A stretch of 60,967 bases of DNA from Candidatus Nanopelagicales bacterium (lineage in GTDB: Bacteria; Actinomycetota; Actinomycetes; S36-B12). The number at the start of each line of letters is the position of its first letter. The stretch's first letter is position 1. Under the pieces are notes generated by a model. The model ran no database searches. It was not told the DNA's origin and was given only the letters and a program-made list of their open reading frames with translations. Positions 54,981 through 60,967 of this stretch are shown here, in pieces. The DNA lies in contig JBAYUM010000001.1 in NCBI GenBank assembly GCA_041675125.1, positions 1 through 60,967 on the forward strand, in the 5' to 3' direction. The translations under genes and the position numbers were made by a program.

Positions 54981-56159
54981 CTAGGCCTTGGGAACCTCGA
55001 TGATGACGGCGCCGCCCTGGCCACCGCCGGCACACATGGTCGACAGGCCGATGCCGCCGCCACGACGACGAAGCTCGTGGATGAGCGTTGCGATCTGGCG
55101 GGTGCCCGACGCTGCCACGGGGTGGCCCAGTGAGCAGCCACTGCCGTAGATGTTCACCTTCTCCTCATCGATGCCCATGATCTTGCATGCGGCTACGGGG
55201 ACGGAGGCGAAGGCCTCATTGATCTCCCACAGGTCGATGTCCTCGACCTTGAGGCCGGCACGCTCGAGCACCTTCTCAGCAGCGGCAAGGGCTCCCATGC
55301 CGGTGTACTTGGGATCAACGCCAGCAGCGGCCCATGCCTTGACCGTGGCAAGTGGGGTCAGGTTGTGCTCGGCGGCGTACTTGTCGCTGACCACGACTAC
55401 GGCCGAGGCTGCGTCGTTGACGCCCGACGAGTTGCCTGCCGTGATCGAGAAGTCCTCGATCTCCGGGTGCAAGGGCTTCAGGGTGGCCATCTTCTCCAGC
55501 GTCGAACTGCCACGTGGGTGCTCATCGACTGCGAACTCGACCGTCGAGCCGTCCTTGGTCTTCACCGTGATGGGACGGATCTCGTCGAGGAACTTGCCGT
55601 CCTCGATCGCCTTGGCCGCACGCATGTGCGAACGCCAGGCCCACTTGTCCATGTCCTCGCGGCTCAGGCCGGCCTTCTGTGCAACGTTCCAGCCAACGGA
55701 CAGGCTCACGTCGTCCGTCGCGTCCTCGCGGTGGGGGAATGTCGGGGCCATGCGGGTCTCGAACTCGTCCTCGGTGCCCAGGACGCGGAAGACGGTACGG
55801 GGGCCTGCGGACGAGGCCTGGACACCGCCGGCGACGACGACGTCCTCCATGCCTGCCTTGATCGAGGCGGCGGCATTGCCCAGTGCAGCAAGGCTTGAGG
55901 CGCAGTGGCGGTTGATCGCCTGGCCGGAGACATCCTGAAGGCCGTTGGCTACCGCGGCGTAGCGAGCGAGGTCGCCGCCGCCATAGCCTGACTCGCCGAG
56001 GATGACGTCGTCAACGTCATTGCCATCGATGCCCGCGGCCTTGATGGCCTCACCAATGATGAAAGTGGCCAGATCCTCGGCAGAGGTCTCGCTCAGGGTG
56101 CCCTTGCGAGCGGTGCCAATCGGGGTACGAACTGCACTGACAATGACGGCTTCGGTCAC
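54981..56159 (-). CDS. Acetyl-CoA C-acyltransferase (degradative thiolase)
   Basis: 392-aa ORF with a GTG start. It has NRHCASSLAAL (nucleophilic Cys), GCSLGHPVAASG and MCAGGGQGGAVIIE (C-terminal His/Cys blocks). Confidence 0.9.
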   Translation of the reverse strand: MTEAVIVSAVRTPIGTARKGTLSETSAEDLATFIIGEAIKAAGIDGNDVDDVILGESGYGGGDLARYAAVANGLQDVSGQAINRHCASSLAALGNAAASIKAGMEDVVVAGGVQASSAGPRTVFRVLGTEDEFETRMAPTFPHREDATDDVSLSVGWNVAQKAGLSREDMDKWAWRSHMRAAKAIEDGKFLDEIRPITVKTKDGSTVEFAVDEHPRGSSTLEKMATLKPLHPEIEDFSITAGNSSGVNDAASAVVVVSDKYAAEHNLTPLATVKAWAAAGVDPKYTGMGALAAAEKVLERAGLKVEDIDLWEINEAFASVPVAACKIMGIDEEKVNIYGSGCSLGHPVAASGTRQIATLIHELRRRGGGIGLSTMCAGGGQGGAVIIEVPKA

Positions 56160-56398
56160 AACTACCTCACACAGACATAGGCGCCGGGATTAGCGCCACA
56201 CGGGATGACTCTAAGGAGGGAATCTGTCGGGTGACGAGGCCTCCTCAGGCACCGTTACTTTAGAATAATAAGGCCATCTATGTAAATGCGGTAGACAATT
56301 CGCTAATATTCGCTTTCGGCGCAGGCACCGTGGCCTGAAGCCCCCTTACGGGTCCGGATTCTGTCGGCCCGAACGGACCCAACTCAGGAGGAAATCTT

Positions 56399-57163
56399 AT
56401 GGAGCTCAAGGGCGCATCCGCCATCGTGACCGGCGGAGCCGGCGGCTTCGGCGAGGCAACTGTCCGCCGTCTGGTCGACAAGGGCGTCAAGGTCGTCATC
56501 GCCGACCTGCACGACGAGCGGGCGACCGCACTGGCCAAGGAGCTGGGCTCGGCCGTCCAGTACGTCCGCACCGACATCACCGACGAGCAGAACGTCATCG
56601 AGGCCATCAATGCAGCACAGGCCATGGCCCCTCTCCGCGTGGCCGTTGCAGTGCACGGCGGCCCAGCAGCCGGCAAGCGCTTCGTCGGTCGCAATGGCGA
56701 GACCTACCCGGTCGAAACCTTCCGTCGCACGGTCGAGATCTTCCTGGTCGGCAACTTCACGGTGCTCAGCCGCGCAGCAGCGGTCATGAGTCAGAACGAG
56801 CCCTTGGCGGACAACCAGCGCGGCGTGTGCATCGGCACCGCATCCATCGCCGGCTTCGAGGGCCAGGTCGGCCAGTCCGACTACTCGGCAGCCAAGGGCG
56901 GCGTCATCGGCATGACCCTCACCGCGGCACGTGACCTCGGTCCAGCCGGCATCCGCGTCATGACCATCGCACCAGGCACCTTCCACACGTACGCCTACGG
57001 CGATGTTGATGCAGCCACCCTGAACGAGCGCTTTGGCGCTCTCATCCCCAACCCCAAGCGCATGGGACACCCGGATGAGTACGCGCAGCTCGCACTCCAG
57101 ATCTGCGAGAACGACTTCCTCAACGGCTACACCATCCGCCTCGATGGAGCCCAGCGCTTCTAA
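56399..57163 (+). CDS. SDR, type-2 3-hydroxyacyl-CoA dehydrogenase (HSD17B10-like), tandem copy 1
   Basis: 254-aa ORF with TGGAGGFG, NEPLADNQRGVCIGTASIAGFEGQVGQSDYSAAKGG and FLNGYTIRLDGAQRF. It is colinear with my recollection of human HSD10. Confidence 0.85.
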   Translation: MELKGASAIVTGGAGGFGEATVRRLVDKGVKVVIADLHDERATALAKELGSAVQYVRTDITDEQNVIEAINAAQAMAPLRVAVAVHGGPAAGKRFVGRNGETYPVETFRRTVEIFLVGNFTVLSRAAAVMSQNEPLADNQRGVCIGTASIAGFEGQVGQSDYSAAKGGVIGMTLTAARDLGPAGIRVMTIAPGTFHTYAYGDVDAATLNERFGALIPNPKRMGHPDEYAQLALQICENDFLNGYTIRLDGAQRF

Positions 57164-57176
57164 GCAGGACCCAGAA

Positions 57177-57211
57177 GTGGCCGGCGGATGTTCCGTCGGC
57201 CACTTTTCCTT
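57177..57211 (+). terminator. Rho-independent-type terminator after SDR copy 1
   Basis: GTGGCCG-gcggatgttcc-gtCGGCCAC followed by TTTTCCTT, read directly. Confidence 0.55.
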
Positions 57212-57291
57212 GTATCCCCTGCACGCGTGGCACACGACAGCCATAATTCGCAGACTCGACAACCCAAGCACTTGGTACATCTGGAGGAACT

Positions 57292-58068
57292 ATGGAACTC
57301 AAGGGCGCATCCGCCATCGTGACCGGCGGAGCCGGCGGCTTCGGCGAGGCAACAGTCCGCCGTCTGGTCGACAAGGGCGCCAAGGTCGTCATCGCCGACC
57401 TGCACGACGAGCGCGCCAACGCACTCGCCAAGGAGCTGGGCTCGGCCGTCCAGTACGTCCGCACCGACATCACCGACGAGCAGAACGTCATCGAGGCCGT
57501 CAATGCGGCCCAGGAGATGGCCCCGCTGCGCGTGGCCGTTGCAGTGCATGGCGGCATGGGCGGCCCCGGCGGCGGCGCGGCGCGCATGGTCGACCGCCAC
57601 GGCGTGCCGATCTCGCTGGAGTCCTTCCGATTCTCGGTCGAGATCTACCTCATCGGTCACTTCACCGTGATCTCCCGCGCGGCTGCGGTCATGAGCCAGA
57701 ACGAGCCGGATGACGACAACCAGCGTGGTGTCTGCATCGGCACGGCCTCCATCGCCGGCTTCGAGGGCCAGGTCGGCCAGGTGTCGTACTCGGCGGCCAA
57801 GGGCGGCGTCATCGGCATGACCCTCACCGCGGCACGTGACCTGGGCCCGGCTGGGATCCGCGTGATGACCATCGCGCCAGGCACCTTCCACACCTATGCC
57901 TACGGCGATATGCCGATCGAGCAGCTCAACGAGCGCTTCGCCTCACTCATCCCCAACCCCAAGCGCATGGGTCGGGCCGATGAGTACGCGCAGCTGGCCA
58001 TGCAGATCGTCGAGAACAACTTCCTCAACGGCTACACCATCCGCCTCGATGGAGCGCAGCGCTTCTGA
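57292..58068 (+). CDS. SDR, type-2 3-hydroxyacyl-CoA dehydrogenase (HSD17B10-like), tandem copy 2
   Basis: 258-aa paralogue of copy 1. The first 264 nt differ from copy 1 at 16 positions by hand count. Confidence 0.85.
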   Translation: MELKGASAIVTGGAGGFGEATVRRLVDKGAKVVIADLHDERANALAKELGSAVQYVRTDITDEQNVIEAVNAAQEMAPLRVAVAVHGGMGGPGGGAARMVDRHGVPISLESFRFSVEIYLIGHFTVISRAAAVMSQNEPDDDNQRGVCIGTASIAGFEGQVGQVSYSAAKGGVIGMTLTAARDLGPAGIRVMTIAPGTFHTYAYGDMPIEQLNERFASLIPNPKRMGRADEYAQLAMQIVENNFLNGYTIRLDGAQRF

Positions 58069-58081
58069 CGAACACCAGATG

Positions 58082-58119
58082 AAACGGCCGACGGGATCTC
58101 CCGTCGGCCGTTTCTCTTG
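58082..58119 (+). terminator. Rho-independent-type terminator after SDR copy 2
   Basis: AAACGGCCGACGG-gatctc-CCGTCGGCCGTTT followed by CTCTTG, read directly. Confidence 0.7.
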
Positions 58120-58149
58120 GCCCATCAGTGCATGCGTAAGGTTTGAGCA

Positions 58150-58926
58150 ATGGCTGGCATTCTGGACATTCTGACAATTGATCAAATCGATGACGATCAC
58201 TTCATCACGCGAGTAGTCGACAAGGAGTTCCCGGGGCTGTACGGCGGTCAGGTCGCCGCACAATCACTGTTGGCCGCCTGTCGCACGATCAGCGAGCATC
58301 AGGTGCCTCACTCGCTGCATGCCTACTTCCTGAGAGCCGGGCGCAGTGCCGTACCCATCGAGCTCCAGGTCTTCCGCGACCGCGATGGTCGCTCCTATGC
58401 GGCGCGGCGCATCGTTGCAACCCAGTCCGGTGAGGTCATCTTCAACATGTCCGCGTCATTTCACGAACTTGAGGATGGGCCAGACGTGCAGGCGGTCTCG
58501 ATGCCGTCGGTCCTGCCACCGCTCACCGAGAACTCCCAGCCAGTGCCGCGCGGATCAGATGACATCGAACTGGTCAATGCCTCCCCAAACGATGAACATG
58601 AGATGCCGTATCGGACATGGACCCGCGCAAGGATCGAGCTACCCGACGATCCTCATATCCATGCCTGCGTGCTCACCTACGTCTCGGATTTCTACACCGG
58701 ACTCGTGCAGTTCGAGGAGTTCCCGAAGAACCCACGCGTCGCGAGCCTGGACCATGCGATGTGGTTCTATCGCGCGGTCAACATGAACCACTGGCACCTG
58801 ATGGACTGGCAGGCCCAGTCCATGGCCAATGGCCGAGGGCACTACGTCGGTCATATCTATGACGACCAGGGCCGACTCGTCGCCGGCCTCGGTCAGGAGA
58901 TGGTCGTCCGTGCAGCACGCACTTAG
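58150..58926 (+). CDS. tesB: Acyl-CoA thioesterase II (double hot-dog, TesB-like)
   Basis: 258-aa ORF with LYGGQVAAQSLLAA and SLHAYFLRAG, and the C-terminal half SLDHAMWFYR. These are typical TesB blocks. Confidence 0.8.
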   Translation: MAGILDILTIDQIDDDHFITRVVDKEFPGLYGGQVAAQSLLAACRTISEHQVPHSLHAYFLRAGRSAVPIELQVFRDRDGRSYAARRIVATQSGEVIFNMSASFHELEDGPDVQAVSMPSVLPPLTENSQPVPRGSDDIELVNASPNDEHEMPYRTWTRARIELPDDPHIHACVLTYVSDFYTGLVQFEEFPKNPRVASLDHAMWFYRAVNMNHWHLMDWQAQSMANGRGHYVGHIYDDQGRLVAGLGQEMVVRAART

Positions 58927-59732
58927 TTGATCGCGGGCGAGATCCCTGCATCCACATGAAAGTTCGTGCCATTGATGATGTCTGCGCGTGGGCTTGCAAG
59001 CATGGTCACGGCGTAGGCGATATCGGCGACTTCGCCCACCCGGCCAACGGTTTGCCCTGTTCCCTTCACGAAATACTCCTCGGCCTTGGGGATGTCATCA
59101 CCCCAGCCGCGCTTCTGCGCGAAATTGCCGAGGAACTCCATCAGGCCCTCCGTACGGATCATTCCCGGTGACACGCAGTTCACCGTGACACCCGTCATGC
59201 GCAGCGTCTTGGAAAGCCCGAGGGACAGATTCACCATTGCCGCTTTCGCAGGGCCGTAGTCGGGCTGTGCGGATGTGGGCGTGATCGCTGCTGCGGTGGC
59301 AATGTTGATGATCCGGCCCCAGCCACGCTCCTTCATCGCCGGCGCCAAAGCCTGGATCAGGCGGAAGGCTGCCACGGTGTTGGCCTCGTAGGTGGCGACC
59401 AGGACTTCTGGGGTGACGCTGAAGAAGGACGGATCGGGAGTATCGGAACTGCCACCAGCGTTGTTCACGAGGATGTCGATGCCGCCGAAAGCGGCAAGGG
59501 CGGCCTCAGCCACTGCTGCCGCACCCTCATTGGTCGAGAGGTCACCGATCGCAACCGCGGCCTGACCGCCTGACTCCCGAATTCGCGCAGCAACGGCTTC
59601 GGCGCGCTCACTGTTGCGCCCGTGCACCACGACCCGGGCACCCTCGGCAGCCAACTCGGCTGCAATGCCAGCACCAATGCCACTGCTGCTACCCGTGACC
59701 AGCGCACGGCGTCCAGTGAGGTCAAGCTCCAT
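58923..59732 (-). CDS. SDR-family oxidoreductase
   Basis: 269-aa ORF with VTGSSSGIGAGIA, NNAG and YGPAKAA (Y-x3-K). The convergent 4-nt overlap with tesB is read directly. Confidence 0.85.
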   Translation of the reverse strand: MELDLTGRRALVTGSSSGIGAGIAAELAAEGARVVVHGRNSERAEAVAARIRESGGQAAVAIGDLSTNEGAAAVAEAALAAFGGIDILVNNAGGSSDTPDPSFFSVTPEVLVATYEANTVAAFRLIQALAPAMKERGWGRIINIATAAAITPTSAQPDYGPAKAAMVNLSLGLSKTLRMTGVTVNCVSPGMIRTEGLMEFLGNFAQKRGWGDDIPKAEEYFVKGTGQTVGRVGEVADIAYAVTMLASPRADIINGTNFHVDAGISPAIN

Positions 59733-59894
59733 GAATTGATCCTTCTTCCTTCATCGCACTTCGAACTTCGTGAAAATCGATACTAATAGCACAAAACAGA
59801 CTTAGCGGATTTTCCTTGGAAGGTCCTACCGAAAGCCTTACCGTGACCGGTAGGTGAACCGTATTGGATCGCGTTACCCGAGGAAAGGAAATCC

Positions 59895-60967
59895 GTGGAC
59901 ATCAACGACATGATCTTGCTCAGCATCGATGATCACATCATCGAGGCGCCAACGACGTTCGACAAGCACATGCCAGCCAAGTACAAGGACCAGGCTCCCA
60001 GGCTCGTTGCCGATCCTGACAACCCAGCGATCGATCGTTGGGAGTTCCAGGGGACTGCAGCGTTCACCGGCGGGCTGGGAGCTGTTGTCTCGTGGCCCAA
60101 GGAAGAGTGGGGCTTCGAGCCAACCGGCCTCGCCGAGATGCGGCCGGGCACATACGACATTCACGAGCGAGTGCGCGACATGAACGTCAACGGCGTGCTG
60201 GCCGGCATGAACTTTCCGACCTTCCCCGGCTTCGCCGGCACGCACCTTGCGAACATGCCTGACAAGCAGCTGGCTCTTGCGGCGATCCAGGCCTACAACG
60301 ACTTCCTGATGGATGAGCTTGTCGGCTCATACCCGGGTCGCTTCATTCCGATGGGCATCATCCCGTTCTTCGACATCGAGGAGTCGGTCAAGGAGATCCA
60401 TCGTCTTGCAAAGAAGGGCTGCGTATCCATCACGATGCCCGAGACTCCCTACGGCATCGGTCAGCCTGACTTTGCGACCGGTCACTGGGATCCAGTGTTC
60501 AAGGCACTCGTCGACACCAACATGGTCGCCAGCATGCACATCGGTGGTGGCTTCGGCCTGATCCAGCGCCCGCCGTCAGCCCTGGTCGACGACATCGTGA
60601 TCATCGCCGCTCTGGTGTCCACGATCGCAGCGACGGACATCCTGACCAGCGGTGTCATCAAGAGATTCCCTGACATCAAGTTCGCGATGAGCGAGGGCGG
60701 CCTGGGCTGGATCCCGTTCCTGCTCGACCGGATGGACCGCCACATGGTCAACCACTCCTGGACGCACCTGGACTCACTGCCCAAGGGAATGTCGCCAACT
60801 GAGGTCTGGAAGAAGAACTTCCTCGCCTGCTTCATCACCGAACCCACGGCGCTGCGCACGCGCGATCGCTACGGTGTTGAGACCATCGCCTGGGAATGCG
60901 ACTACCCGCACTCCGACTGCACCTGGCCGTACTCGCCAGAGCTCCTGCTCAAGGAACTAAATGCGGC
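59895..60967 (+). CDS. Amidohydrolase_2 family protein, second copy; C-terminus outside the window
   Basis: The frame is open from GTG 59895 (AGGAAAGGAA upstream; ATG 59910 is an alternative) to the window edge, so it is absent from the ORF track. It has LSIDDHIIEAP, MHIGGG and ECDYPHSD metal-site blocks. It is a paralogue class of 51321-52550. Confidence 0.8.
   Translation, partial: MDINDMILLSIDDHIIEAPTTFDKHMPAKYKDQAPRLVADPDNPAIDRWEFQGTAAFTGGLGAVVSWPKEEWGFEPTGLAEMRPGTYDIHERVRDMNVNGVLAGMNFPTFPGFAGTHLANMPDKQLALAAIQAYNDFLMDELVGSYPGRFIPMGIIPFFDIEESVKEIHRLAKKGCVSITMPETPYGIGQPDFATGHWDPVFKALVDTNMVASMHIGGGFGLIQRPPSALVDDIVIIAALVSTIAATDILTSGVIKRFPDIKFAMSEGGLGWIPFLLDRMDRHMVNHSWTHLDSLPKGMSPTEVWKKNFLACFITEPTALRTRDRYGVETIAWECDYPHSDCTWPYSPELLLKELNA

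Larger units (their letters stand above)
56399..58119 (+). repeat. Tandem duplication (unit about 0.89 kb: SDR gene plus its own terminator hairpin)
   Basis: The start-to-start distance is 893 nt. The 5' and 3' gene ends are nearly identical at nucleotide level, including the last 45 nt before the stop. Both terminators share CCGTCGGCC. Confidence 0.8.

Overview
This is a high-GC, Actinomycetota-like chromosomal segment that is densely coding, with about 54 protein genes. I found no rRNA, tRNA, CRISPR array, transposase or integrase. All family calls come from motif recognition in the supplied translations and my own reading of the DNA. No database search was run. The layout falls into six blocks. 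(i) 0-10.1 kb is a cell-envelope glycopolymer locus. It holds a partial CoA-transferase, an OafA-type acyltransferase, an exported formylglycine-type sulfatase, a GT2/TagF-like fusion, a cytoplasmic sulfotransferase and an ABC-2 exporter pair. (ii) 10.1-19.2 kb is one minus-strand string. It holds three MFS exporters and an aldo/keto reductase, then dprE2-dprE1-ubiA (decaprenyl-phospho-arabinose synthesis) and an unknown membrane protein. (iii) 19.3-23.3 kb holds a small secreted Cys protein, a CopD/CtaG fusion, an L,D-transpeptidase and a C-N hydrolase. (iv) 23.4-33.4 kb holds a NarL/DosR-type response regulator convergent with a GAF-GAF histidine kinase that sits directly behind cydABDC. A membrane PP2C phosphatase is divergent from cydA, and a DosR-box-like site lies between them. 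(v) 33.5-36.3 kb holds a secreted clan GH-A glycosidase and an ECF42-like sigma factor with YciI. (vi) 36.5-61 kb is a large CoA-thioester catabolic island. It holds etfD-etfB-etfA, a TetR regulator, two acyl-CoA dehydrogenases, a MoxR/VWA pair split by an antisense alpha/beta-hydrolase, and two tandem MaoC_N/MaoC hydratase pairs. It also holds three 311-aa VOC-fold paralogues, two amidohydrolase_2 proteins, an EthD-like protein, a 3-hydroxyacyl-CoA dehydrogenase, a thiolase, a tandemly duplicated HSD10-type SDR, TesB and another SDR. The observations I rank highest are these: the sulfotransferase/sulfatase/TagF locus as a candidate sulfated wall polymer; the triplicated uncharacterised VOC protein next to a perfect 20-bp GGGAC-N4-GTCCC palindrome; the cydABDC-kinase linkage with a second GGAC-N4-GTCCC site; a hydratase gene with no canonical start codon; and the interrupted MoxR/VWA pair.
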